Source: Planctomycetota bacterium (GTDB taxonomy: Bacteria; Planctomycetota; GCA-002687715; CAIWVZ01). Taken from it: DNA of 64,000 bases. Every line of letters starts with the position of its first letter. Positions within the stretch are counted from its first letter, which is position 1. Made by a program: the position numbers and the translations under genes. This document shows positions 18,877 through 29,383 of the stretch, piece by piece. The stretch spans positions 77,661 through 141,660 of the forward strand of contig JBGANV010000012.1 of assembly GCA_044222185.1 (NCBI GenBank), given 5' to 3'. A model generated the notes under the pieces. The model made no database searches. It had not been told where the DNA came from and saw only the letters and a program-made list of their open reading frames with translations.

Positions 18877-20118
18877 ATGGGATTCGCGTCCACGGCATCA
18901 GGGGTGATCGTCGCGTGCGTCGCGCTCGGGGTCGCATGCGCGCAGCAGCCCAACGGAGCGAACGGGCTCGTCGTCCAGTTCCGCCACGGCGGCCCGTATC
19001 CGATCGTCGCCGATGCGCTGGGCAACGGGCTCGTGACCGCCGTCGTCACGGGCTCTGCTGGGGCACCCTTCGCGATCTTCGCGTCGCCCTCGCTCCATGC
19101 GGGCGCGGCTCAGGTGCTCGGCGGACAGTCGTTGGACATCGGCACGGCACCCGCGTTCTCCGATCTCACCGTGCTGGGCGACGGATTCGGCGGCGGTCCG
19201 AGTGCGTCGGCGTTCAGCGTCGCGGCCGGCGGCGTCACGTTGCTCTCGGCGATCGTTCCCACGGGCTCGACGCTCGTGCTGCCGGCGATGCAGGCGATCG
19301 TCGCGGATCCATCGCACCCATCTGGTTTGTGGCTGACGGCCGCGAATCAAGTGACACTGCGGCCCACGAAGAACGTGCTCTTCATCCAGGGGAGTCACCT
19401 GCCTGCTGGGACGTTCGCGCCACAGTGCAGGCTTGCCGATCCCTCGCCGTACGGGTTCTCGACGCTGCGCGATCTCCTGCTTCTCGCCGGTTTCGGGTCC
19501 GTGGTCGAGGTCGTGGATGCAAGCGTCGCCGTCACGCCGCAGTTGCTTGCGCCTTTTGGCGTCGTCGTTCTCGGCACCAACGAACGCACGTGGACGGCGA
19601 GCGAGGTCGGAGTGATCGAGGCGTATGTCAGAGCCGGCGGCGGGCTCGTGTCCTATTCGGACTTCATGTTCGGCCCGAACAACTGGTCGTCCGAGAACCA
19701 GGTCCTGTCGCGATTCGGGTTGCTCGTGGCACCTGACAACTTCGGGGGACCCGTCAGTGTCACGTCCCTGGCGCCGCATCCGATCGCAGCGGGCGTGGCG
19801 GTCGGATTCGAAGGTGAGGGCGTGAGCGTCCTCGAGCTCGTCGGCAACGGAGTCGACCCGATCGTCAACGTGGCGCCTTGTCTCGCGAATGGTGGGGCCT
19901 GTGCACCGCTGCCACTCGCCGCGCCGAGCGGCTCGCCGAACCCCGTGTTTTCCGCGTGCGCGACCGTCACCGCCGGGTCGGGACGCGTCGTCGCGACGTT
20001 CGACCGCAACACGTTCTTCAACCCGGTCGCCGGGCCGCCGCTCTTCGGTACCGACCTGAGTCGCGCCTCGAACGTCACCTACGCGACCAACCTCTTCCTC
20101 TGGGCCGCAGGGTTGTAG
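18877..20118 (+). CDS. Secreted protein: N-terminal copy of the sorting-like module plus class-I-GATase-like/DUF4350-like domain
   Basis: Signal ...VACA|Q; module ending MQAIVADP...WLTAA; then GFSTLRDLL, VVVLG...E...IEAYVRAGGGL, GSGRVVATFD. Confidence 0.8.
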   Translation: MGFASTASGVIVACVALGVACAQQPNGANGLVVQFRHGGPYPIVADALGNGLVTAVVTGSAGAPFAIFASPSLHAGAAQVLGGQSLDIGTAPAFSDLTVLGDGFGGGPSASAFSVAAGGVTLLSAIVPTGSTLVLPAMQAIVADPSHPSGLWLTAANQVTLRPTKNVLFIQGSHLPAGTFAPQCRLADPSPYGFSTLRDLLLLAGFGSVVEVVDASVAVTPQLLAPFGVVVLGTNERTWTASEVGVIEAYVRAGGGLVSYSDFMFGPNNWSSENQVLSRFGLLVAPDNFGGPVSVTSLAPHPIAAGVAVGFEGEGVSVLELVGNGVDPIVNVAPCLANGGACAPLPLAAPSGSPNPVFSACATVTAGSGRVVATFDRNTFFNPVAGPPLFGTDLSRASNVTYATNLFLWAAGL

Positions 20119-20375
20119 TCAGGGAGCGCGCCGCGTCGACCGCCGCATCGGCGGGGACCGGCCGGATCGCCGCGCGTTCCGCGCGGTCCCACCGGCGTGG
20201 ATCGCCTTGCGGTGCCAGATCACTCACGTCCGCGCGATCGCCACCTGATCCCCGACCCAACCCCGCTTGCGCAGTTCAGGTCCCCTCCCGTGGTGCCTCG
20301 GGCTACGGGCGGCTCCGCACTTGGTCGTATCAGCGGAAAGCCGCGAGCGACCTAAGTTCGAAATGGAGGAATCAC

Positions 20376-23300
20376 ATGGTGACCCGTCGGACAGCAACCG
20401 TCGACGGCAACGAGGCTGCTGCCTCCGTTGCACATCGACTCAGCGAAGTGATCGCGATCTATCCGATCACCCCATCGTCCACGATGGGAGAACTATCTGA
20501 CGAGTGGTCGTCGCAGGGGAGGCGGAACGTCTTCGGAACCGTGCCCGAAGTCGTCGAGATGCAGTCGGAAGCCGGCGCGATCGGGGCGGTGCACGGATCG
20601 CTGCAGGCGGGCGCGCTCACGACGAGCTTCACGGCCTCGCAGGGCCTGCTGCTCATGATTCCGAACCTCTACAAGATCGCAGGCGAGCTCACGCCATTCG
20701 TCTTGCACGTCGCCGCGCGCGCCGTGGCGACCCATGCACTCTCGATCTTCGGCGACCACTCGGACGTGATGGCGTGCCGCCAGACCGGCGTCGCCATGCT
20801 GAGCTCGCAGTCGGTGCAGGAGGCCCACGACTTCGCACTCGTCGCGCATGCGGCAACGTTGCGCAGCCGCATCCCGTTCATCCACTTCTTCGATGGCTTC
20901 CGCACGTCGCACGAGATCCAACGCATCGAGATGCTCGACGACGACGACCTGCGCGCATTCGTCGACTCCCACCTCGTTTCCGAATTCCGCATGCGAGCCC
21001 TCACGCCGGACGCACCGGTGATCCGCGGGACGGCGCAAAATCCCGACACGTTCTTCCAAGCGCGGGAGGCATGCAACGGACTCTACGATCGGTGCCCATC
21101 GGTGGTGGAAGAGGTGTTCACCGAGTTCGCCGCACGGACGGGGCGCAGCTACCACCTCTTCGACTACGAGGGGCACCCCGAGGCCGAGCGCGTGATCGTG
21201 ATCATGGGCTCCGGTGCGCAGACGGTGTCCGAGACCGTGCGTTGGAGCGTGGCCCGCGGCGAGCGCGTCGGGGTCCTCACCGTGAGGCTGTTCCGGCCGT
21301 TCTCCGTGGAGGCGTTCCTGCGCGCCCTGCCCAAGACCGTCCAGCGAATCGCGGTGCTGGATCGCACGAAGGAGCCCGGTGCCGTTTGCGATCCCCTGCA
21401 TCTGGACGTCCTGGCGGCGACCGGCGAGGGCTGGCACGCGATCCACACCGACGGCCGGCCGGTTCCCACCGTGGTCGGCGGGCGGTACGGCCTGTCGTCG
21501 AAGGAATTCACTCCAGCCATGGTCCGCGCGGTTCTCGACAACCTCGCGACGCCGCGACCGCGCAACCACTTCACCGTCGGGATCGTCGACGACGTCACGC
21601 ACCGATCGTTGCCGTTCGATCCCACGTTCGACATCGAGGCCCACGACGTAGTCCGAGCGCTGTTCTTCGGTCTCGGCTCCGACGGCACCGTCGGCGCCAA
21701 CAAGAACTCGGTGAAGATCATCGCTGAGGAGACCCCCCAGCACGCACAAGCCTACTTCGTCTACGACTCGAAGAAGTCGGGCGCCGTGACGATCTCGCAC
21801 CTGCGGTTCGGACCGCGACCGATTCGTGCTCCCTGGCTCATATCCCGCGCGAGCTTCATCGCGTGCCATCACTTCGGATTCCTGGATCGGTACGACATCC
21901 TGGAGAACGCCGAGCCTGGTGCCGTCTTCCTGCTGAACGCGCCGCATGCTCCGTCGGAGGTGTTCGATGCGCTGCCCCGCGAGGCGCAGGAGGAGATGGT
22001 CCGCAAACGCGTCCGCTTCTTCGTGATCGATGCCCTGCGCGTCGCGCGCGAGTGCGGAATGGGCGCACGCATCAACACCGTGATGCAGACCTGCTTCTTC
22101 GCCATCTCCGGCGTCCTGCCCCGCGACGAGGCGATCGCGCGCATCAAGGACTCGATCAAGAAGACGTACGGCAAGCGAGGCGGAGACGTCATCGAACGCA
22201 ACTTCGCAGCAGTCGATGCGACGCTGGCGCACCTCTTCGAAGTGCCTGTTCCCAAGGCCGTCACGACCGATCGCCGGCGCCCGCCGGTCGTGTCCGACGA
22301 TGCGCCCGACTTCGTGAAGCGCGTCTCCGCCGTGATGATGGCGAACCGCGGCGACCTCTTGCCCGTCAGTGCATTCCCCGTCGACGGCACGTGGCCCACG
22401 AGCACGGGGCGCTACGAGAAACGGGCGATCGCCGCCGAGATCCCAGTCTGGGACGAGGCCGTGTGCATCCAGTGCAACAAGTGCGCGATCTTCTGTCCGC
22501 ATGCGGCGATTCGGGCGAAGGTGTGGGAGCCTGCGCTCGCGGCGTCGGCTCCCGCGACGTTCAAGGGAGTCGACTACAAGGGTGCCGAGTTCCGCGGCTC
22601 CAAGTACACGATCCAGGTCGCGCCGGAGGATTGCACGGGGTGCCAGCTGTGCGTCGCCGTGTGTCCGGCGCGCGACAAGACGAATCCGCGGCACAAAGCT
22701 CTCGAGATGCAGCCCATGGCGCCGCTCCGCGATGCCGAGCGCCAGAACTTCGCCTTCTTCGATCAGCTCCTCGAGCCGCCGCGCGAGGGCATCGCGCGCA
22801 TCGACGTGAAGAGCTCGCAGTTCCTCGATCCGCTGTTCGAGTTCTCCGGTGCCTGCGCCGGTTGCGGCGAGACGCCGTACATCAAACTTCTGACACAGCT
22901 GTTCGGCGACCGGATCATGATCGCCAACGCGACTGGGTGCAGTTCGATCTACGGCGGCAACCTGCCGACGACACCCTACGGCACGAACCGCCAGGGTCGC
23001 GGTCCGGCGTGGGCCAACTCGCTCTTCGAAGACAACGCCGAGTTCGGGTTGGGCATGCGCCTCGGACTCGACGCGCAGGCGACACACGCTCGCAACCTCG
23101 TCGCGCAGCTCGCACCCAGCCTGGGAGACGCCTTCGTCCGTGAGATCCTGGACGCACCGCAAGTCACCGAGGCCGAAATCGTGGCTCAGCGCGCGCGTGT
23201 GATGCGGCTGGCCGAGCGCCTTCCGTCGATCGACCGCGTCGAGGCCCGACACCTCGCGCCGATCACCAACGCACTCGTGACGAAGAGCGTGTGGATCGTC

Positions 23301-23984
23301 GGCGGCGACGGGTGGGCGTACGACATCGGCTCGGGCGGTCTCGACCACGTGCTCTCGATGACGCGCAACGTTCGCATCCTCGTCCTCGACACGGAGGTCT
23401 ACTCGAACACGGGCGGACAGCAGTCGAAGGCGACTCCGCTCGGTGCCGTCGCAAAGTTCGCAGCGACGGGGAAGGCCGTCCACAAGAAGGACTTCGGCCT
23501 GATGGCGATGAGTCACGGTCACGTCTACGTGGCGAACGTCGCGTTGGGCGCGAAGGACTCGCAGACCGTTCAAGCGTTCCTGGAAGCGGAGCGCTTCCCA
23601 GGCCCCGCGGTCATCATCGCCTACAGCCCGTGCATCGCGCACGGATACGACTTGAGCTTCGGTGCGGAGCAGCAGAAGCTGCTCGTGACCTCCGGGCTCT
23701 GGCCGCTGTATCGGTACGACCCGCGTCGCATCGAGCACGGCGAGCCGGCGCTCGTCCTCGATTCGCCGGCACCCAAGACTTCGCCCCGCGAGTTCATGCG
23801 CAACGAGTCGCGGTTCCGGATGGTGGAGAAGGCCGATCCCGAGCGCTTCCGCATGCTCGCCGATGCCGCCGCGCATCAAGCCGCGCAACGCGTCTCGCTG
23901 TACCAGCAGCTGGCCGCCATCCGCCTGCCGGGGAATGGTGTGCCACCCAAGCCCGCAGTGCCCGCGCAGCCGGAGACACGCTGA
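20376..23984 (+). CDS. nifJ: Pyruvate:ferredoxin/flavodoxin oxidoreductase (single-chain)
   Basis: GGAGG RBS; DGNEAAA, YPITPSS, MQSEAGA, GLGSDGTVGANKN, two CxxCxxCxxxCP motifs, GACAGCGE, GGDGWAYDIG TPP motif, YSPCIAHG. Confidence 0.97.
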   Translation: MVTRRTATVDGNEAAASVAHRLSEVIAIYPITPSSTMGELSDEWSSQGRRNVFGTVPEVVEMQSEAGAIGAVHGSLQAGALTTSFTASQGLLLMIPNLYKIAGELTPFVLHVAARAVATHALSIFGDHSDVMACRQTGVAMLSSQSVQEAHDFALVAHAATLRSRIPFIHFFDGFRTSHEIQRIEMLDDDDLRAFVDSHLVSEFRMRALTPDAPVIRGTAQNPDTFFQAREACNGLYDRCPSVVEEVFTEFAARTGRSYHLFDYEGHPEAERVIVIMGSGAQTVSETVRWSVARGERVGVLTVRLFRPFSVEAFLRALPKTVQRIAVLDRTKEPGAVCDPLHLDVLAATGEGWHAIHTDGRPVPTVVGGRYGLSSKEFTPAMVRAVLDNLATPRPRNHFTVGIVDDVTHRSLPFDPTFDIEAHDVVRALFFGLGSDGTVGANKNSVKIIAEETPQHAQAYFVYDSKKSGAVTISHLRFGPRPIRAPWLISRASFIACHHFGFLDRYDILENAEPGAVFLLNAPHAPSEVFDALPREAQEEMVRKRVRFFVIDALRVARECGMGARINTVMQTCFFAISGVLPRDEAIARIKDSIKKTYGKRGGDVIERNFAAVDATLAHLFEVPVPKAVTTDRRRPPVVSDDAPDFVKRVSAVMMANRGDLLPVSAFPVDGTWPTSTGRYEKRAIAAEIPVWDEAVCIQCNKCAIFCPHAAIRAKVWEPALAASAPATFKGVDYKGAEFRGSKYTIQVAPEDCTGCQLCVAVCPARDKTNPRHKALEMQPMAPLRDAERQNFAFFDQLLEPPREGIARIDVKSSQFLDPLFEFSGACAGCGETPYIKLLTQLFGDRIMIANATGCSSIYGGNLPTTPYGTNRQGRGPAWANSLFEDNAEFGLGMRLGLDAQATHARNLVAQLAPSLGDAFVREILDAPQVTEAEIVAQRARVMRLAERLPSIDRVEARHLAPITNALVTKSVWIVGGDGWAYDIGSGGLDHVLSMTRNVRILVLDTEVYSNTGGQQSKATPLGAVAKFAATGKAVHKKDFGLMAMSHGHVYVANVALGAKDSQTVQAFLEAERFPGPAVIIAYSPCIAHGYDLSFGAEQQKLLVTSGLWPLYRYDPRRIEHGEPALVLDSPAPKTSPREFMRNESRFRMVEKADPERFRMLADAAAHQAAQRVSLYQQLAAIRLPGNGVPPKPAVPAQPETR

Positions 23985-24973
23985 TGGACCTCTCGATCGA
24001 CTACATGGGTCTGAAGCTCGCGAACCCGATCGTCGCCGGCGCATCGCCGCTCGTCGATCGCTTGGACGCCGTGCGACAACTCGAGGACGCGGGCGTCGGT
24101 GCCATCGTCATGCACTCGCTGTTCGAAGAGCAGATCGAGACGGAGCGCCGCATGACGTTCGACCACTTCGACGACACGTCGTCGTGGAATGCCGAAGCGT
24201 CGACGTTCATGGTGGCTGCCGACGGCTTCAAGCTGGGGCCGGAGGCCTATCTCGATCAGATCCGCAAGCTGAAGCGCGCGGTCGAGGTCCCGATCATCGC
24301 GTCGCTGAACGGCACGACGAGCGGTGGTTGGCTCACCTACGCGACCTACATCGAGGAGGTCGGTGCCGACGCACTCGAGCTGAACGTCTACGACGTCGTC
24401 ACGGACCCGGCCGAGACATCCGAGCGCGTGGAGGCGCGCCTGGTTCAGCTGCTCAAGCTCGTCAAGTCCACGGTGAAGATCCCCGTCGCAGTCAAGCTCT
24501 CGCCGTTCTTCACGGCTTTGCCCGGACTCGCCCGGCGCCTCGAAGTGGCGGGCGCCGGCGCGCTCGTGATCTTCAACCGCTTCTACCAGCCCGACATCGA
24601 CCCCGAGCGACTGGAGGTCGTCCGCATCGCATTGTCGAGCCCTGCCGAGCTGCTGTTGCGATTGCGCTGGCTCGCCGTGCTGTCGAGCCAGTTGTCGATT
24701 CCGCTCGCGGTGACGGGCGGCGTGCATTCGGGACTCGACGTCATCAAGGCGATCATGGCGGGCGCCACGACGACGCAGATGGTTTCGGCGCTGCTGCACA
24801 ACGGTCCGCGCCACGTGGCGACGGTGAAGGACGAGGTCGTCCGCTGGATGACCGAGCACGAGCACGACTCGATCCGGGCGATGTGCGGGTCGATGAACCT
24901 CGCTCGGTGCCCGGACCCGCGCGCGTTCGAACGGGCCAACTACCTGAAGATGCTCCAGAGCTGGCCCGGGTGA
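23984..24973 (+). CDS. Dihydroorotate-dehydrogenase-like FMN protein (PFOR-associated)
   Basis: TGATG overlap with nifJ; YMGLKLANP, SLFEEQI, PIIASLNG, ADALELN, PVAVKLSP, FNRFYQPD, TGGVH; lacks the SCPN catalytic Cys. Confidence 0.9.
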   Translation: MDLSIDYMGLKLANPIVAGASPLVDRLDAVRQLEDAGVGAIVMHSLFEEQIETERRMTFDHFDDTSSWNAEASTFMVAADGFKLGPEAYLDQIRKLKRAVEVPIIASLNGTTSGGWLTYATYIEEVGADALELNVYDVVTDPAETSERVEARLVQLLKLVKSTVKIPVAVKLSPFFTALPGLARRLEVAGAGALVIFNRFYQPDIDPERLEVVRIALSSPAELLLRLRWLAVLSSQLSIPLAVTGGVHSGLDVIKAIMAGATTTQMVSALLHNGPRHVATVKDEVVRWMTEHEHDSIRAMCGSMNLARCPDPRAFERANYLKMLQSWPG

Positions 24974-25053
24974 GCTGAGTCTCGCCGCAATCGCGCCCGG
25001 TCCTTGACCGCCCGGGTGCGCCTCGTCTACCGTCGCGCACCCGTTGGGAATCC

Positions 25054-25815
25054 ATGCGCGTCGCCCTCTTCGTCACCTGCCTCGTCGATCAGCTCTACCC
25101 GCAGGTCGGCGTCAGCACCGTGCGCCTGCTACGACGCCTCGGCTGTTCGGTGACGTTCCCGCGCGCGCAGACGTGCTGCGGCCAGCCCGCGATGAACGCC
25201 GGCTATACCGCGGATGCGCGCGCTGCCGCGACCGCGTGGCTCGACGCGTTCGAGGATGCCGAGTGGATCGTGACGCCGTCCGGCTCTTGCGGCGGCATGG
25301 TGCATCACGGGTTCTCGAGCCTGTTCGCCGCGGATGCCGCGCTCTCGGCTCGCGCTTCGTCACTCGCGGAGCGCACGCATGAGATCTCGTCGTTCCTCGT
25401 GAACGTCCTCGGGCGCGTGGACCTGGGCGGGGTGCTTCCGGGGAAGGCCACGTTCCATCCGTCATGTCACGCGGCGCGCCTGCTCGGCGTGCGCGACGAA
25501 CCTCTCCGCCTCATGCGCGAAGTCCGCGGACTCGACGTCGTCCCGCTCGACCATTCCGAGGACTGCTGCGGCTTCGGCGGTGCGTTCAGCGTGAAGCTCG
25601 ACGCGATCTCTGCCGCGATGGCGAGCGAGAAGGCCGCGAACGTGGAACGATCCGGCGCGCGGATGCTCGTGTCGACCGACATGGGCTGCCTGATGCAGAT
25701 CGTGGGGTTCATGCGCAGGCAGGGGCACGCGATCGAAGGTGTGCACCTCGCCGAGCTTCTCGACCGGGCGACCTCACCCACGGGCGCCAACGCCCTGGGG
25801 GGCAGGCACGCATGA
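25054..25815 (+). CDS. lutA: L-lactate utilisation protein A (CCG-domain Fe-S protein)
   Basis: FVTCLVD, QTCCGQPA.NAG, PSGSC, HPSCH, CCGFGG.F, DMGCLM. Confidence 0.92.
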   Translation: MRVALFVTCLVDQLYPQVGVSTVRLLRRLGCSVTFPRAQTCCGQPAMNAGYTADARAAATAWLDAFEDAEWIVTPSGSCGGMVHHGFSSLFAADAALSARASSLAERTHEISSFLVNVLGRVDLGGVLPGKATFHPSCHAARLLGVRDEPLRLMREVRGLDVVPLDHSEDCCGFGGAFSVKLDAISAAMASEKAANVERSGARMLVSTDMGCLMQIVGFMRRQGHAIEGVHLAELLDRATSPTGANALGGRHA

Positions 25816-27263
25816 ACGGGGGGCGATCGTCACGGGATCTTGCGTCACGGGCGGCGCGCGCGCTCGATGACGATTTCCTCCGACGCGCCGTGCGCTTCAC
25901 GGCGGACCGACTTCGCAACGCCAAGCACGGTGCGACCGAGGCCCTCGGGAACTGGGAGGAGTGGCGCGAGCGCGCTCGCGCGGTGCGTGCGGCGACGATC
26001 GCCGATCTGGACATCCACCTCTCGGAATTCCGCCGGCGATGCGAGGCGCATGGCGGTCACGTTCACTTTGCAGACGACGCCGCCGAAGCGGCGCGAATCG
26101 TCGGCGATCTCGCGCGCGCTCGCGGCGTGAAACTTGCCGCGAAATCGAAATCCATGGTGACGGAGGAGATCCACCTCAACGATCATCTCGCGAAACTCGG
26201 GATCGAGGCGCTGGAGACGGACCTGGGGGAATGGATCGTGCAGCTCGCGCACGAAACCCCATCGCACATCATCCTGCCGGCGATCCACAAGAGCCGTCAG
26301 CAGATCAAGGAGCTGTTCGATCGGGAGGGCGGCGTGGATCTGCCGACCGAGACGGCGGCGCTCGCCGGGTTCGCGCGGCGGAGGCTGCGCGAGCGATTCC
26401 TCCAGGCCGACCTCGGCATCTCCGGATGCAACTTCGCCATCGCGGAGACGGGCTCCATCGCCATCTTCACGAACGAGGGAAACGGGCGCATGGTGACGAC
26501 GCTACCGAAGACGCACGTCGTCATGCTCGGCATGGAGCGGATCGTTCCATCCTGGGACGACCTCGAGCTGATGGCGAACCTGCTCCCGCGCAGCGCGACC
26601 GGTCAGAAGATCACGACCTACATGAACGTGCTGACGGGGCCGCGGCGTGCCGGTGAGTCGGGAGGGCCGGACGAGCTTCACGTCGTCGTCCTGGACAACG
26701 GGCGCTCGGCCCAGCTCAGCGATCCACGCTTCCGCGAGATCCTCAACTGCATTCGCTGCGGAGCGTGCTTGAACGTGTGCCCCGTCTATCGGCAGATCGG
26801 CGGGCACGCCTACGGCTCGGTGTATCCGGGGCCGATCGGCGCCGTCCTCACGCCGCTCCTGGAACATGATCGGGCGCAGTTCGGCGAGCTCGCCAACGCG
26901 TCCAGTCTCTGCGGCGCCTGCGCCGCGGCGTGTCCCGTGAAGATCCCGTTGCACGACATGCTCGTGGATCTGCGCGCGAGGAACGTCGCCGAGGGGCGGG
27001 CGTCGCTGGCGGAACGGCTCGGTTTCCGCCTCTACGCGTTGGCGACGCGTTCGCCGGCGATGTTCGGATGGGCGGGGAGCGTGTTTCGTGCGGCGCGTCG
27101 GCTGGGATTGGGCGAGCGATCGGGCCCGCGATGGATGCGGGCTCTGCTCGGGCCGCTCGCCGGTTGGACGCGCCACCGGGAACTGCCGGGGCCCGCGCCG
27201 CGGTCGTTCCGTCAAATGTGGGACGAGATCGAGGCCGAGGAGGCTGGGCATCATGGAACCTGA
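25812..27263 (+). CDS. lutB: L-lactate utilisation Fe-S protein B
   Basis: ATGA overlap; KSKSMVTEE, ETDLGE.I.QL, PSHII.PAIH, TNEGNGR, CIRCGACLNVCPVY, SSLCGACAAACPVKIP. Confidence 0.95.
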   Translation: MNGGRSSRDLASRAARALDDDFLRRAVRFTADRLRNAKHGATEALGNWEEWRERARAVRAATIADLDIHLSEFRRRCEAHGGHVHFADDAAEAARIVGDLARARGVKLAAKSKSMVTEEIHLNDHLAKLGIEALETDLGEWIVQLAHETPSHIILPAIHKSRQQIKELFDREGGVDLPTETAALAGFARRRLRERFLQADLGISGCNFAIAETGSIAIFTNEGNGRMVTTLPKTHVVMLGMERIVPSWDDLELMANLLPRSATGQKITTYMNVLTGPRRAGESGGPDELHVVVLDNGRSAQLSDPRFREILNCIRCGACLNVCPVYRQIGGHAYGSVYPGPIGAVLTPLLEHDRAQFGELANASSLCGACAAACPVKIPLHDMLVDLRARNVAEGRASLAERLGFRLYALATRSPAMFGWAGSVFRAARRLGLGERSGPRWMRALLGPLAGWTRHRELPGPAPRSFRQMWDEIEAEEAGHHGT

Positions 27264-27939
27264 CGCCTTCCTCGACCGCATCACGCGACGACTGGGCGGA
27301 GCCCGGGGCAGGACGGTGGCGCCGCGGGGGATTCCACCGGCGCTGCGCGAAGCGGTGCCGATTCCCCGCGACCCGGGTGTGCTGGCGTCGCGCTTCGTCG
27401 TCGAGCTCGAGCGCGTCGGTGGACGTGTGATTCGGGCGGCGTCGGGCGATGCCGCGAGCGCGGCGCTCCGCGACTTGATCGTCGAGGTCGGCGCGACACG
27501 GCTCGTGAGCAGCGATCGACCCGAGTTCGGCCGCCTGCCGGTGGCCTGGCTTTGGGACGAACTCGGATGTGCGACGACCGCCGGGGTGGGGCCGGTCGCG
27601 TTCCGTGCTCGATGCGCGGCGGCGCAGGTGGGCGTGACGGCAGTCGGCGCGGCCATCGCGGCGACGGGCACGATCCTGTTGACGGCGGCGCCGTCCCGGC
27701 CCCGGGAGGCGAGCCTGCTTCCGACCGTTCACGTGCCGATCGTCTTCGAGAGTCAGCTCGTTCCGCATCTCGGCGACGCGATGAAGATCGCGCTCGCGGG
27801 GGGCACCCCGCCTTCCCAGGTGCTGTTCGTCACGGGACCGAGCCGCACGAGCGACATCGAGAACGACCTGACGATCGGCGTTCACGGTCCAGCGGCGGTG
27901 GTCGTCATCCTGGTGGATGACGGCGCGCGTGGCGCGTGA
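27253..27939 (+). CDS. lutC: L-lactate utilisation protein C (LUD domain)
   Basis: AIAATGT, SLLP.VH, TGPSRTSDIE..L.IGVHGP. Confidence 0.9.
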   Translation: MEPDAFLDRITRRLGGARGRTVAPRGIPPALREAVPIPRDPGVLASRFVVELERVGGRVIRAASGDAASAALRDLIVEVGATRLVSSDRPEFGRLPVAWLWDELGCATTAGVGPVAFRARCAAAQVGVTAVGAAIAATGTILLTAAPSRPREASLLPTVHVPIVFESQLVPHLGDAMKIALAGGTPPSQVLFVTGPSRTSDIENDLTIGVHGPAAVVVILVDDGARGA

Positions 27940-28216
27940 CGGACCGGTGCTCGGTCGCCGCCCGATCGGAAGTGAGGAGCGCCCGTCGACCCGCCGCGAA
28001 CGCGGCGGCGCGACTGGCGGGATCGCCGGACGACCGAGGCGCAGCCGAGGCGTCCGGCCTGGCCGAGGTCGAATCGCAGCGCTGCCTTCGATGATCATGC
28101 GGCCGTCGGTGATCTCGCGTTCGTCCGCGAAGGACACCAGCCGGCCCGCGCGAGACGCGCGGCGAACCGGCCCGTTCCCGCCGAGACGGCGGTGAACGTG
28201 CGCTCCGCCGCAGGCG

Positions 28217-29341
28217 TCACTTGTTCAGCGTCGCGACGATGAGCGCGATCCCACCCGCGACGACGAGGCACAGGAGCACGAACCCCACGATCTTCGCGAC
28301 GCTGTAGGGCCGATCTCCGGTGACTTCGCCCGAGCGTGCGTTGACGAAGACCTGCCACGTCTTGTTGCGGAAGCGATAGGCCGCCATCCACACGGGAAGG
28401 AGAACATGCTTGAAGGCGATCGCCGAATACGCCGTCTTCACCGAGTGAACGCGTTGCTCGTCGCCGCCGATGTCGTGGCAGCAGTCGCCGTGGATGACGG
28501 ACGCCATGACGCCCTTGGCCAGCTCGAACCCGTTCGGAAGGTCCACGTCGTACCGGTTCGCGATGAAGCCGGGGAGGAACTCGGGACGGTAGGGTTCGAG
28601 AGCCTTCAGGTCCCAGGGCTCCAAGTCCGCGAGGCGCTTGGCGGGCAGCCTCGTCGTCGCGGCAATCAGCACATCGTCGAACCATCGTTGGACGGTGCCG
28701 GCGGCGGGGCTCCACCGGATCTTGCGGACCTGGCGCGTGCGGTGCTCGGTCTTGCCGTTCACCGTCACCGTGTAGGACTCGGTGACCCAGTACGCGTCGC
28801 CGCGCTCGCCCGTGTAGAACGACTTCGTGTAGGAGTCGTAGGTCCAGTACGGGAGGTAGACGCCGTACAGCTTCTCCTCCGCGGCGAGCTGCTTCAGGCT
28901 CGAGGGCGCGAACCAGCGCGAGCCGATCCACTTCTTGAAGAGGTCGCGCGCTTGCGATGTCGACACGCGAAACGGCAGCACGGCCTCGGGCGCGATGAGC
29001 TCGGTGGGATCGTCATCGACGACGATCGCGACTCCACAGAACGGGCAGCTCTGCGAGCGGGCGTCCGTCGCCGTGACGGCGCCGCACCCCTTGCACTTCA
29101 CCTGCTTCGAGCCGAGCGTCGCGAGCGGCTTGCGCGGAGTCTTGAGGTAGACCTCGTAGGACTGTTCCTCGACTTCGTCCGCCGTCTGCGGAATCCGCTC
29201 GGCGTGCCCGCAGTACGGGCACTTCAGCGCCGTCGTTCCGGGCGCGAATTCCAGGTTGGCTCCGCAGGCGGAGCACGGGTACTGACGCGGGGAAGTCGGC
29301 GCCTGCGGGGAGGGCGAAGCTGCGCGCGAGTCGTCGGGCAT
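28217..29341 (-). CDS. Double zinc-ribbon membrane-anchored protein (partner of the SPFH/YdjI protein)
   Basis: CSACGA...CPYCG and CKGCGA...CPFCG; GVYLPYWTYD, LEPWDL, LLPVW, VNARSGEV.G.RP; C-terminal TM helix. Confidence 0.85.
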   Translation of the reverse strand: MPDDSRAASPSPQAPTSPRQYPCSACGANLEFAPGTTALKCPYCGHAERIPQTADEVEEQSYEVYLKTPRKPLATLGSKQVKCKGCGAVTATDARSQSCPFCGVAIVVDDDPTELIAPEAVLPFRVSTSQARDLFKKWIGSRWFAPSSLKQLAAEEKLYGVYLPYWTYDSYTKSFYTGERGDAYWVTESYTVTVNGKTEHRTRQVRKIRWSPAAGTVQRWFDDVLIAATTRLPAKRLADLEPWDLKALEPYRPEFLPGFIANRYDVDLPNGFELAKGVMASVIHGDCCHDIGGDEQRVHSVKTAYSAIAFKHVLLPVWMAAYRFRNKTWQVFVNARSGEVTGDRPYSVAKIVGFVLLCLVVAGGIALIVATLNK

Positions 29342-29383
29342 GGGGCGTGGGTCGGGCGGGTGCGTGAACGGCGTCGCCGTCGA

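Noticed and set aside
19878-20375. Long N-terminal extensions in the ORF track (also 42716, 12883, 14261, 16434, 18613, 23291, 25464, 51778)
   Set aside because: Downstream starts have an RBS, gene overlaps or signal peptides and match family N-termini; the extensions are low-complexity read-through.
20493-24044. 1183-aa antisense ORF over nifJ, and similar long shadow ORFs (31633-35328, 28406-31276, 45307-48036, 5001-7295, 40650-42602)
   Set aside because: Arg/Ala/Gly-rich, no motifs, and they overlap well-supported genes; an expected artefact of high GC and codon bias.
23984-24973. Calling this gene pyrD
   Set aside because: It lacks the catalytic Cys/Ser loop and has no pyr context; it belongs to the PFOR-associated DHOD-like group.
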